Source: Selaginella moellendorffii
Lineage: Eukaryota > Plantae > Lycopodiophyta
Length of the DNA stretch: 48,702 nt
Direction of reading: 5' to 3'
Assembly: GCF_000143415.4 (NCBI RefSeq)
Contig: NW_003314342.1
Coordinates: forward strand, 49,499 to 98,200
The notes below the pieces were generated by a model. The model had not been told where the DNA came from. It saw only the letters and a list, made by a program, of their open reading frames with translations, and did no database searches. Both the position numbers and the translations under genes were made by a program. Numbering within the stretch: position 1 is the first letter of the stretch; every line of letters starts with the position of its first letter. Below, piece by piece: positions 24,748 to 38,093 of the stretch.

Positions 24748-26428
24748 TGTTATGATCTGTCATACAAGGATAGAGATCTAGTCACCCTAGACTATGTTAC
24801 ACCACCTCTTGAGGTTCCTCACCACCCAACCACCCCCCGAGTTACCTCAAAAGCTCCATTGTGCCGTTGCTCTATTGTGAGCTCTAGGGTAGATTAAGTC
24901 CTTTACCCTAACATGCCTTGAGCCTCCCTTTGACTGATGTTGACCACGTGGTCAAAGCTGGCACCTAACAATTCTCCCCCCCCAACAAAGTCCTTGTCCC
25001 AAGGACAAATTGTACCAGTGATCACCCTTTCTGGGGAACCCCACTCAAGCTCCTGGTCCATCTTCCACAGCAGTATATATCAAGGAGGCATTAGGCCCAT
25101 CACTCTGAGATAGTACATTTTTCAACTGGTTGACATAAAATACCAGATGAATTTTCACCCCAACTGGCAGCCGTTTGTTGGCACCCCAATAAGCCGCTTT
25201 ACCAATGCGCTCCAGCACTTCATATGGACCAACATATCGATGGGAAATTTTGTCACTCTTCTTTGTCCTTAAAGGCACCAAAGTGTTCTACTGCTCACTT
25301 GATGAAAAGATCACTCACACAAAGACGAGATCACCCACCTTATATTCTTGGAGCAAACTTCTTTGTTTTATCCTGAGCTGCCTATAAATTCCGTTTGCAC
25401 ACCACTAGAATCTCATCAAGTTTCGTGGCTAAATTAGTTGCCTTTGAATGAAGCTTTTCTTGAACATCCTTACTCAAATGCAATTCCAACTCCACTGCTA
25501 TTTGAGGATGCCTTCCAAACATAGCAAAGTAAGGACTTAGTTTGGTTCCACTGTGTTGGCTATTGTTGTAGGCAAATTGCACCAATAAAAGATATAAATC
25601 CCACTATCCTTGCCTTTGACTAATGCTATAGCGTAATATATTGTCCACCACCTGATTCACATGCTCGGTTTGCCCATCTGTTTAAGGATGATCTCCACTT
25701 GAGAGTTTCAAAGTCACTTGCATAGCCTTTGCAAAGCTTTTTCAAAATCCACTAATGAACTTTGAATCTTGATGGTTAACAATGTCTTCCAGCAAACCAA
25801 AATCAGGAAAAACCTTCTCTAAGTAAACTGCAGCCAAGTCTAAGGCAGTGACACTCTTCCAAAGAGCCAACAACCACATATACTTCCTCAAATGATCCAC
25901 TATGACCCATACTTGCTCCTTTTGCCTCTATGTTCGTGGCAAATAAGTGATGAAGTCCATAAAAATACTACACCAACGGCTCTGAGGAATAAGTAAAGGT
26001 TGCAAAAGCCCCCCTGGCTTCTCCCGTGGCACCTATACCCACTGACAGAGCTCACATGACTTACAATACTCGAGGATATTAGCTTTCATATTCCTTTAAT
26101 AGAAATTGTGCTTAATCAACTCATATGTCTTCTTCCCCCCAAAATGATAGGCCTCTAGACAATCATGATAGTGAAATAAAACGTGAGTAATTAACACATC
26201 CACCCGTAATAAATACACATGGCCATTATAATAAAGAATCCCATCCACCAATTCCATTTGGGCTTGCAATGAGACCACCTCAGCATCCTGAGCCTGAGCA
26301 TACTCAACCAACTGCCCAAACTCGCTAACCACCTTACTCAAATGATGACAAAACCATGTTTGTAATGCCATCACATAGCGTAAAGCATCCGCTACCACAT
26401 TCGATTTTCCCAGACAATGCTTAATAGG
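24748..26428 (-). mobile_element. Element C': 5'-truncated copy of the C family (3' LTR 24748-24970 plus integrase)
   Basis: LTR TGTTATGATC...CACCTAACA and integrase text parallel 29482-31204. Breaks off abruptly at the inner end of the right inverted arm. Confidence 0.92.
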
Positions 26429-28014
26429 TGGAAAAGGTGTGTAGTTAAGGCATTGACATCGCTAGCATTTGTGTTAATGGAAGTAGCATTGTTAATTTAA
26501 GTGATGAGGATTTTCCTTAGAGCTTGATTTTCCATGTCATTTTTCTTGTTAGTGTTTTAACTTTACATTGGATCTTGAAAGTGGTTGAAGAAGAGTGTTA
26601 ATGCAATGTGGATATCCAAAGATATAGTCTTCATGATCAAGGTTTAGATGTTCATTTTGCATTTACGGATCTCGATGTTGAATGTCGGAAATATGAGCAA
26701 AAGATGTTCGAGGCTTAAACATACTATGAGTCATGAGCATTGGTGTTAAGGTGAACCTATGTCAAATTGTAGGTAAGAAGAAGTTGGTTAAGTTTTGAAA
26801 GTTTGCATTCTTGGATTGAGAGTCATTCTTTCTCTAGGATGGAAAATTTTTCACAAATTTTCTTAGACTTTTCCAATGATTATTGATCACTTTGCCTGAA
26901 AACCATTTCGTTTTCCTAAGCTAATACATACTAGTGAAGGGGTTAGAGTTGACTTTGGTTGGCTTAAACATTAGTAGGTAGTTTATATGATACACCTGAA
27001 AGGGATGTTGATTTTTGGGGCTAAAGCAATTGAGTGGGATAGAGTCTGGAGTTAGTATAGAAAAGTGGCTGTTGTTCTTTTCTAAAAAGGGTGACCCTTG
27101 TGCCTTTCTTCTATAGTATTATGTTTGGTGGTAAGTTGCATTTTGCATTTCGTTAAACTCTATAAAAGTAGTGAGCTTTCACTAATCTTGCCTTGGTTTT
27201 GATAGCCTTGTATGTTGGCTAAGGATAGTAATGTCCAACTTAGTTCTTTGAGGTTGAGATGTTGGTACCCGTACTATAGCTTTGTCTATGAGGAGGTTAT
27301 GTACTGATATGAGTCCATCTCATGGTTTTCACTTTAGTTTCGATTAAATATTGATCATATATAGCTAGCCTCTTCAAGGCATACTCAAAGCTATTAGCTA
27401 GACAAGTTGGTGAACTTATTGCGTCTAAGCTGGATTCGAGTAATCATTTAGTTCGTGCTTGTTCATGAACCAATATCTCATATCTGGGGTATTACGTTCA
27501 TGTTGGACAAGTATATGACTTGATGGCATAAGTTTAGTGTTGGGTCTTGTGAAGGCAAGTTGAAACAGTGATCGTTAGTTGCTTGCGACTAGTGATTGCT
27601 TGTAGACTTTGTCGAAGACTATTGACACCTGCATCACTTGATAAAGATTTATTAGTGATGAGTTTGCTTTACCAGGATAGTGTTACGGAGGATCGTGTCG
27701 TTAGACTGACATGGGTTTTCCATGTTAGCATGTCGACTCTACCTCTGTCGATATCATTTAGTTATATATAGTCTATAGTGTTAGATTTCATTGAGTTTTG
27801 GATGTGGTGATTCATTCCTTGATGAAGTATTATCTGTAATTGAGTTTTGCTAGAGGATTAGTCTCGGATACTAACTAAGCTATCTTCGACTTTGGTTAGC
27901 TTAGATGCTAGAGAGTTTTGAGTGGTGATTCACTCGTGTTTTCTTCTAGCTTTGTTATGGTGTTCATGGCATTGAAGTGATGCTTTGTTGATGTTGAAAT
28001 TTGAGTGAAATGAG

Positions 28015-28114
28015 NNNNNNNNNNNNNNNNNNNNNNNNNNNNNNNNNNNNNNNNNNNNNNNNNNNNNNNNNNNNNNNNNNNNNNNNNNNNNNNNNNNNNN
28101 NNNNNNNNNNNNNN
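28015..28114. other. Assembly gap (100 N)
   Basis: Run of N; flanks are colinear with left-arm ~14260-14460. Confidence 1.
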
Positions 28115-29481
28115 TTCCTTGAAAAAGTGAATTAGTCATGGATTATGCTATTATTATAAAAAGAAAAGTTAGTGATCGGTATTGAAGTGATTGAATCCTT
28201 GTTGGATTTCAGTTGAGATATATTGATCATTGATGATTTTTCTTGTGTTTGTTATGAAGTGAGTTACGTCTTGCTATAGATGGATTCATGGAAGATCATT
28301 TGGTAATCACTTGTTGAGCATAACTTTGTTGTGTTTGGCTTTTGGATTGATGTAAACATATTCTTCATTAGCTTTCGCATTATGAAGTTTAGCTTATGGA
28401 AGTGTTGAAGAGGATATTGTGGGTTGTACCATGATTTTTTCTTTAGCATTGAAGTTGGTTCATGCAAGACTTATGATCATTATTAAGCAAGACTTAACTA
28501 TAGGCTTCTTTGAGCTTTTGGTTCTTTGAGTTTTATGCTCATTGCTTTATTTGTTAGAAGTTGTTAGGGAAGGCATTTTGGCTTGTTAGCTTCGATATTG
28601 AAATTAGTTTTTGCATCAAACAATCATTGGTGAAGATTGACTATCATCTAAAATAGTTGATTATCTTTGTCAAAAGGTTTTGTTTGATTGTTGTTGATAT
28701 AGAATGATTCACTGTTCTTCGGGATGGTAGATTCTTTTTTCAATGATGATTATGCATATCTTCATTGATAGGATGATTGGTGTTTTTTCATGATAGTTAG
28801 TTGTTCTCTTTGATGGCTTATGGTTTTTCACAAAACCACATGTTCCTTGTGGTTTGCTTTGGATTGGTCTCTTGGGTTTGAGACATTAGTAGGATGTTGC
28901 TAACACTTGCTTAAGCAATTCTAGTTCCTTTGTATTGTTAATCAAGATTTAGTCAGATTAGCTGGTGCAATAGTTGGCATGAATGAGTGTTTGTTGGTTT
29001 TCCCACATTCATTCTGTTCTATTGATTATTGCTTGAGTTAGTTTTGATAGATTAGGATGTTATTTCCTTCGGGTGATACATTCGCGAACATTGTGCTTGT
29101 TGGTTCATGATACTTTGTGTTCTTTCAGTTATCTTTTGTAAGTTGTTTAGCATGCTATTTGCAATATTTGATAGTTAAGTTTTATCATTAAGTTTCCTTG
29201 ATGATACACTGATTATTGAATTTTGTTGGATAATAAATCCTATGTTTTCCAGCTATAGTGCTCTTGGTGGTTCCTGTCCTATAATACTAGTTTATCAGAT
29301 AATAATTTACTTAGAATACTTTTTATGTTCTAATCTAAAATATAGTTACTGATAATTAAGTCTCTAAGCTATCATTGTCTATGACTTTGATATTGTCCAT
29401 CTATTGATCTTTGAGTTTGGGCCAGTATAGGTAGACTAGCTTCGGCACTTCGTGTGCATGATGAAATCTCTAGTCATAGGG

Positions 29482-32400
29482 TGTTATGATCCGGTGCAAA
29501 AAGACAAAGATCTAGCCGCCCTAAACTATGCTACGCCACCTCTTGAGGTTCCTCACCACCCAACCACCCCCGAGCTACCTCAAAAGCTCCATTGCACCAC
29601 CGCTCCACTGTGAGCCCTAGGGTAGGTTAAGTCCCTTACCCTAACATGCCTTAATATACCCTTGAGCCTCCCTTTGAGTGACGTTGACCACATAGTCAAA
29701 GCTGGCACCTAACAATTCTTCCCCCCCCCCAACAAAGTCCTTGTCCCAAGGACGAGTTGTACCGGTGACCACCCTTTCTAGGGAATCCTGCTCAAGCTCC
29801 TAGTCCATCGTCCACAGCCGTATACATCAAGGAGGCATTGGGCCCGTCACTCTAGGATAGTACACCCTTCAATTGGCTGACATAAAATACCGGATGAATT
29901 TTCACCCCAGCTAGCAGCCGCACCCGATAAGCCGCTTTACCAATGCGCTCCAGCACTTCATATGGACCAGCATATTGATGGGAAAGTTTATCACTCTTCC
30001 CTGTCCGTAAAGGCACCAAGGTGTTCCGCCGCTCACTTGACGGAAAAATCATGCGCACAAAGACGAAATCACCCACCTTATATTCCCAGAATTGGCGATG
30101 CTCATTGGCAAACTTCTCCGCTCTATCCTGAGTTACTTGCAAATTCCATTTGCACACCACCAAGATCTCATCAAGTTCTGTGGCCAGATCAGTTGCCTTG
30201 GAATCAAGCTTATCTTGAACATCCTTACTCAAATGCAATCCCAACTCCACTACTGTTTGAGGATGCCTTCCAAACATGGCAAAGTAAGGACTTAGCTTGG
30301 TTCCACTGTGTTGGCTATTGTTGTAAGCAAATTGCACCAACGGAAGATATAAATCCCACTATCCTTGCCTTTGACCAATGCTACAACATAGCATATCCTC
30401 CACCACCTGATTCACACGCTCGGTTTGCCCATCCGTCTAAAGATGATCTCCACTCGAGAGTTTCAAAGTCACTTGCATAGCCTTTGCAAAGCTTTTCCAA
30501 AATCCATTGGTGAACTTTGAATCTTGATCACTAATAATGTCCTCTAGCAAACCAAAATCAAGAAAAACATTCTCCAAGTAAACCGCAGCCAAGTCTGAGG
30601 CAGTGACAGTCTTCTGAAGAGCCAACAACCGCACATACTTCGTCAATCGATCCACTATGACCCATACTTGCTCCTTTTGCCTCTGTGTTCGTGGCAAACA
30701 AGTGATGAAGTCCATAGAGATACTACACCAACGACTTTGAGGAATAGGTAAAGGTTGCAAAAGTCCCCCCGGCTTCTCCTGTGGCACCTTAACCCGCTGA
30801 CAAAGCTCGCATGATTTACAATACTTGAGGATATCAACCTTCATATTCCTCCAATAAAAGTTGCGCTTAATCAACTCATACGTCTTCTTCCCCCCAAAAT
30901 GACCGGCCTCTGGACGATCATGATAGTGGAATAAAACATGAGTAATTAACGCATCCACCCGTGGCAAATACACATGGCCATTGTAGTAGAGAATCCCATC
31001 CACCAATGAGAAAGGAGCTTCCATCTGGTCTCGCAAAGAGGCCACCTCAGCATCCTGAGCCTGAGCATGCTCAACTAACTACCCAAACATGCTGACCACC
31101 TTACTCAAATGATGACAAAATTGTGTTCGCAACGTCGTCACATGACGAACACGAGATAAAGCATCTGCCACCACATTTGATTTTCCCGGACGATGCTCAA
31201 TAGGAAACTCCCCAAACTCCATGAGTTTGACCATCCAATGAGCTTGCCTAGTGTTCAACTCCTTCTGTGTGAAAAGATACACAAGAGGTTTGTGATCTGT
31301 CAACACCACGAACACTGCACCATAAAGATAATGCCGCCACGTCCGCAAAGCATGAACAATAGAGAGTAACTCTTGCTCATATGTGGAATAGTGTTGCTCC
31401 GCGGAATTCAAAGTTCGACTCTCATATGCAATAGGCTGTCCCTCTTGCATGAGAACGCCTCCCAGTGCATAACCACTCGCATCACATGTCACCTCGTAAG
31501 GTTTCGATGGATCAGCAATGCGAAGCACTAGAGTCTCGCTCAACAATCGTTTCAGTGCCACAAAACTCTCCTCTTGTAGCTTCTTCCACTCGAATGGCAC
31601 ATTCTTGTGTAACAACCACGTCAGAGGAATAGCCACCTCTGCAAACTTATGTTGGAAACGTCGGTAGTAACTAGCCATACCAAGAAAACTGCGCAACTCG
31701 GCCACTGTAGTCGGTGTAGGCCAATTTTCCACTACAACCACCTTCCTTGGATCTGTCTTGACACCTTTAGATGTCACAATATGGCCTAGATATTCCACCT
31801 CCGACTTTGCAAATTCACATTTGCTCTTCTTCGCATAAAGTTTGTTGTCTCGAAGTAACAAAAGAACCTTGTGCAAATGCACCCTATGCTCCTCCATATT
31901 CTTGCTAAAAACAAGAATATCGTCCAAGAAAATCTCCACAAACTCATGAAGATAACGCTCAAATACCTCTGTCATCAACCGAGTAAATGTGGCAGGTGCA
32001 TTCGTCAAACCAAACGGCATAACTGTAAACTCAAAATGTCCAAAGCTTGTGTTAAATGCCGTCTTGGAGATAGATGCATTATCCATTGCAATCTGATGAT
32101 ATCCACTCCTCAGATCAATCTTGGTAAACACTCGTGCTTCACCAAGCTTGTCTAGGATATCATCCACACGTGGCATTGGCATCTTGTCCTTCACTATCTT
32201 CTTGTTTAAAGCACGGTAGTCAATACACATCCACATTGAACCATCCTTCTTCTTCACAAGCAAGACTGGAGCACCAAACAGAGACTTACTTGGCTGAATA
32301 AATCCAAACTCAAGTAACTCCTTGACTTGTCGTTGAACTTCTTGCTCCTCCGTATAACTTAACCGGAATGGACACCGGTAAATGGGCCGTGTCCCCGGCT

Positions 32401-34413
32401 CCAATGTAATCCCATGCTCCACACCTCGTAATGGAGGCAACCCATGCGGAAGTTCATGTGGAAAAACATCAGAAAACTTGTCTAGTACATCCCGTATTAC
32501 TGCTTCTCCCCCACATATGCCTTGGTCGCCCAAGTCACGAACAAACAGCAAGTAACTTGAAAGTGCTTTTCCATTACGACAAGCCCACTTCAAAGATGTA
32601 GCAGAGAGCATAACAACTGGTGGTTGAACGCCCTCGCCAAACCACACATCTTTAATGCCACTATACTCCAGCGAGATACGCTTAATGCTCCACTTTATTT
32701 CTGGATCCACCTTCACCAACCATGGCATCCCAAAAATGAGATCCATACGATGGATATCTGCGAGATAAAAAGTCTCCACAAGTGTGGTTTTGCCAACCAA
32801 CACTTCCAGCCCCTCGACACAATCATCGAAGTGCTGAGTAAAGGTAGCTACACCTTCCACTGTGTATGGAAGAACTCTGCGTGCGACCAGGCCATGCTCC
32901 GCAATAAACTTTGCCGAAACAAAGTTGTCATCACTCCCACTATCCAGTAAAATCCGCATTGGATCGCCACGGAACACGCCCTCCAGCATTAAAGCTAATT
33001 CATGCGTATCCTCAAGCTCCATTTTGTTCCACACACAATTGAGTTGATGAGCAACGATCGAAAGTCGCTTCCTCCGACCAGAATGGTCGTTCTCCTCATC
33101 CTCACGCTGCAAAGTTTGCAACTTTTTAGTATCTGACTTATCGTGAGAAGAAGATTGGCCATTCTTCTTGTCCTGCTGTTTGTTCTTCAACTGCGGACAA
33201 TCAGCCTTGTAGTGTCCAACTTCGCCGCAATGATAACAACCCTATCTATAATTCTTCACAAAGAACTTTTGCTTCTTGGACCCCTTTGCATCTGAGGTAG
33301 TCACCACCGACTTCAACTTGTGATGCTTGTTCCCATCCTTGTGTCCACGGCGATCATCACGACGATTCTCGACAGAAGGACTCTGCGAATGCTTGTGAGA
33401 CTTGTGCTTGTCATTGTCAAGTCGATGAGCCGCATCAAAGAGCTCCTCCAAACTCTTTGTAGGCTGAGAATGACGCAAGTGTTGCCGCATGCTCTCACTA
33501 TGTAGGCCATCAATGAAGTAGGACTTGTTCTAATCTAGATCCTTCATTGGAACACGACTAATCAAGTGAGTAAGTTTTTCAATATAATCCCTGAGCGTCA
33601 TTTTCCCTTGCTGGAAATGGCGAAGTTCTGTACGAGCATTCTCCACGTCGTAATGAGGGGCAAAACATAAATGGAAAGCAGCCTCAAACTCATCCATGGT
33701 AGACACTGGTGGCTTCTTATCCGCAACACGGGACTCCTCAAGCCAATTCCACCATCGAAGACCTGCATCACACAAAACCATCGGAATAGCCACTAAAGCC
33801 TCTGCATCTGGAGTTCCTCTAGCAGCCAAGAACTTCTTCACATTGGCTAGCCAAGCGAGACACTCGTCCACACCACTATCACCGGAAAAAGTTGGAATCT
33901 TGAATCGATCTACCAAAGAAGGCTTACTTGGAGCGCTACCTCGTCTAGCCTCGAGTGCCTCAACACGCCCATGCATGGTATCCATCATGCCATGCATCTC
34001 GTCTTGCATCTCGTCTTGCATCTCTTGCTGATTGCGATTAAGGGCTCGTAGCTCATGAACCACATCCTGAATGGTCCAAATCTCCGCAGCTTCATCAGCA
34101 CCATTGTCGGCACCACCATCGATAATAGGATTCCAGCATTCAGCTTGGTTGGCCATCGCAACCAACTCCTCTGATACCAATGTTATGATCCGGCGCAAAA
34201 AGACAAAGATCTAGCCGCCCTAGACTATGCTACACCACCTCTTGAGATTCCTCACCACCCAACCACCCCCGAGCTACCTTAAAAGCTCCACAGCACCGCC
34301 GCTCCATTGTGAGCCCTAGGGTAGATTAAGTCCCTTACCCTAACATGCCTTAATATACCCTTGAGCCTCCCTTTGACCGACGTTGACCACGTAGTTAAAG
34401 CTGGCGCCTAACA
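29482..34413 (-). mobile_element. Element C: full-length Ty3/gypsy LTR retrotransposon (233-bp LTRs 29482-29714 and 34181-34413)
   Basis: TG...CA LTRs with about 15 differences in 233 bp. Perfect TSD TAGGG. tRNA-iMet PBS (revcomp 34169-34179); G-rich PPT next to 29714. Domain order gag-PR-RT-RH-INT. Confidence 0.97.
29852..34198 (-). pseudogene. Element C gag-pol, a single reading frame broken by in-frame TAG stops
   Basis: ORFs 33530..34198, 33242..33490, 31079..33190, 30437..31045 and 29852..30340 share one frame. Gag IPTFSG, knuckle CYHCGEVGHYKADC, PR LLDSGS, RT PFGLTNAP and FLDD, RH CDASG...ADALSR, INT H..GHFG..C..CQ, SMDFI, GPY. Confidence 0.95.
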
Positions 34414-37400
34414 TAGGGTAATTATTGTTGACTAGTCACATCACCTACCTCTCTGTTGATGGTCTTTATTCTGTTAAAAGGGTGTGACCGTGTAAACAAC
34501 TCTAACTACCTGTTTACAGTAGTCTATCTAAACCTTACCGACATGTTTAGTTTCTTTGCTCATGAGGGTTGGCACTTTTGGCTTTTCTCTCTATGTCCTT
34601 GCGGGCAAGGACGTATCACACTTTTGTAAGCTGGGTGACACCCAGAGCAGCAAGGGTGGCTAACTCTATTGTTCATTTCCTTGTCGGCGATGACCAAAAG
34701 GTGTCTAAGCTGGTAGCACATCCGCGTTAGACAAAGAGGTTGCCTCTTAATTCATTTAAGTTGGTGCATTTCTCACATAGTGTGATCACTGTGAACTTTT
34801 TTTGGAGTTGTCTCCTTTGCAGTGGTTTAAACTTGAATATGCATCAAGGATGACATTAATCTTCCCTAGGGGGGGAGAGTGTCGCGAATGTGACTTTGGG
34901 TATCTAAAGTCACTTGTCGGCTAGTCCTTATGGACACTCTTTCCTTACTGCCACGATGGCAGAAGGTCAGTATTACTTGACCCTTTATTAGTCCCTCTTG
35001 TTCAAATGTTAGTAAACTGGACTTTGCATTTATACTTGGCCGGATGAGCATAAGGATGGAATTCTTAAGTGTCTATTTAGCCAAGCATACTTGGCTTGGC
35101 TTTTTAGTTCTCTTTTCCTCTGTCTTGCACTGGCTTGACAAAAACCCTTGCATATTGAGACTAGTCCCTCAATATTACTAAATGATAGCTTACCATGTTT
35201 ACCAAACACCCTCGCTATCATGCCCTTTGTGTTAGTCTCCTTTCTGTCCTAAATATTATTTATGGAAAGTGTCTAGATTCGCTCATTTGGCATATTTGAG
35301 ATTGTTCTGAACACAATGGTGTTCATCCTGTATCCAAATTTGCAATCTAGGGACATTCCATATTTAGTAAGTTTCAAGCTTGTCCCAGAGACTAACTCCT
35401 AATATTAAGGGAGGCTTGGGGTGAAAGCCCAAAGTGTGTGTTCCTCAAGGGAGGGGAGGGGGGGATATGGGGGGTTCCAAATGTATAGTAGGGATAATGG
35501 GTAGGTTGGGAATGGCCAACTAACTTGAGGCATAGTTTAGCTCCTACTTGCATGTCTGTCCTTGTTCTGCGTCCGGCTTGGGTCTAAGCCCAAGTTCCAT
35601 TCCATGCTAGCTAGTGGAGTACCCATATCCTCACATTAGGCCACTAGTATGCCGAAATAGCACCAAACTCCGTTTGGCTCCATTTTGCGTGCTGGTCCTG
35701 GCATTGGGATGCTAGACTTCGTTTCTCATATCCTGTACAACCGGCTGAGAGAATGCTGCTGCTGCAAATGGTCCATTCCTGTTTGAGAATGCCATGTGAA
35801 GGACAAAGGTCGGTGCCAAGGAAGGATCCACCGAATGGTTGCTGTTGATATCTAGAGCAGTGGCAGCAGCGGCTGTAGGCACAAAAAATCTCATTGGAGC
35901 CAAAGGCTTTGCACTTGCCTTTGGCACCATGTCAAACAGTGGAGGAGAGTCCAATGATGTCTTGGATGGTGTTACACTACCTTTGTTGAATGCATCGACA
36001 TATCTGCAAAAACCTCATGAGATTGGAGTGCTGCGAATGACCAAAATGGTACCTTGATCTAACGTTTTGACGTGTGCAAGCTGCGTACTGGTTACTGCTT
36101 GGAGGCATTGGTGGGATTCCACTCACAACCAGTTGCAGCCTTTCCGGAGTTGGCTGTGGTCTCTCAGGCAACATGGAAATAGGAGTGCCATTCTCCTCCA
36201 CACATGAGATGAGCCTGTTTGCCATGGGAGGAGGAGCCAACGGAAGCTCTAGCACTTGTGCCTCAGCTCGTTCTTCAACCCAGCGCTTTAGTGTCTTGTC
36301 ATATCTAAACTTGTTGCTGTTGCCAAGCTTTGCCTGCATCACATACTAACCATCAATCAGCTAGCGCTCTTTCCAAAGCTTCTACAAACCTCCTTCGAAA
36401 GTGTTTTTATGAAGCCCATCACTCTTTGCACAAAAGAAGTAAAGACGCCTCTATTTGGTGTTCCTTTCACTGGACTAATGATCTGATGAAAGAATACAAG
36501 TCTTAATTGAAAGTACACAAGAGCAAGTCGAGTTACTGTTAGGGTATGGCCACCAAGAGAGTGAGAGAGAGAGAGGGAGTATTTTGGTCCTTGGAATATT
36601 CCCCATCTTCCTTATATAAAACCCTTGCCCCACAAGGGCAAAAGGGGGAATTTTGAGGAGAGCATTGAAACATTTCTCATGTTTGAGTGAGTGTTGGGGA
36701 GGTGCCCCTCCTTCCCCCAACAAATGGTGAACCCAGATGCACAACACTTTCTAAGGTATTATTTCTTTCTTTTTCTTTTGGCCACAGAATTTGGGAACCA
36801 ATTTCTTGTTTATCTTGTGGTTGTTTTGTTGGATCTTAGGCTTGTTGAGTAGGTTTGGAACTCCTCTTTCCAGCAAGGTATGGCACTCATCAAGCCATGC
36901 AGTATTTGAAGAGATATAGTGTTTTTTGGCTCAGTCAGATGAACAATTTGGCGTTTTCACTTTCTTGCCTGGATCCATGGCCCAATTTCTCAAGGTAGTG
37001 CATTTGGGCTTGTAGATTTGGCCTAGATCTATGAGTAGTGGTGATTCTTGGCGCTAGATTTGGGCAAATTGATGGCATGCAAAAGTATTTTCTTCTCCAG
37101 CTACATTGGGTCATCTCTATAGCAGGAATTTGTGCTTCTTCGGGCTTTGTTTTGGATGTTGTTTGTTTCTAGAGGTGCTCCTGGTCCTGGGCTTTCCAAA
37201 AATACCAACAATGCCTTAATATCGATCTACATCAGTGACATATACATGTTTTTCCACAATATTGGTGTTTTGGGCTACCTCTTCTTGGATTTCGGGGAAT
37301 ATTGAGGCAACTTCTTCACAAATTCTTGTGGTAGAGGGTAGACGGGACTGAGCCCTTTCCAACAACCCCACCAACAGTCAAAATGGAGAAGGATCGAGAC

Positions 37401-38093
37401 TAGAGGACTCATTTTTCTCTTTCAGGCTAAACTTTGTTAGGAGTTCCTTGGGAACGAAGCATTCTTTAGAGAGCAGGAGTAAGTGTAGGAATAGGAGCAG
37501 GAACAGGAGTTGGCGCAAAGGTAGGAGTCGGGTTTGGAGTAAGTGCAGGAGTAGGAGTGAGAGCAGGGGGTTACTAGTTCAAGGTTATAGGTTCCTAGTT
37601 ACTGGTTACTAGGTACTTGTTATCAGTTACCGGCTACTCTGAGAGGTTAGTGCTTACTCTATGGGTCAATGGTTATGTGTGCTTGAGGCCTACATCTTCC
37701 ATTTTCACCCTTATTTCTCTTCGTCACAGGCATTTTGGGCAGCTTTGAGCAACTTGAGCACTAACTTACAATCTTCTTGCTCCTGTCAACCCAGTTGCCT
37801 TGACTGGGCATTTGTAGTGTTCATGGTATTTGATGCCAGTACAAACTAGACGTGCGCACCCTTTTACCATACCTCAAAGCCCTAAGGTACGGAGTTAGCT
37901 TTATAACATCCAAAGGCAGCTTAGGTACAATACAACACCTTCTCAAGCCGAGTCCTCTTCATCCTCAGTAGATTCCAGTGACTTCAATTTACGAGCTGTG
38001 GCACAGCCACCTTTAGCTCGACCTCAGCTCCATGTGCTGTAGAGGGGGAGTGATCTGCCGACCTTCTCAAATGTTGGAACAGTCTCTCCAACA

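Larger units (their letters stand above)
26429..35713 (+). mobile_element. Inverted partial copy of element A (internal region plus most of the 3' LTR), interrupted by element C
   Basis: Revcomp of 4090-4728 plus 12220-16040; PPT gggggggagag followed by TGTCGCG near 34870-34886. Confidence 0.92.

Noticed and set aside
16041-26428. Polinton/Maverick or virus-like cargo between long inverted repeats
   Set aside because: The spacer holds only LTR debris and a possible CACTA remnant; no polB, capsid, ATPase or recombinase motifs seen.
29715-29900. Chromodomain at the end of the element C integrase
   Set aside because: Sequence after HPVFYVSQLK is short and lacks YLVKW/TWE-type motifs.
37568-37640. 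Telomeric repeat
   Set aside because: 7-bp period, but the units are NGGTTAY rather than TTTAGGG.
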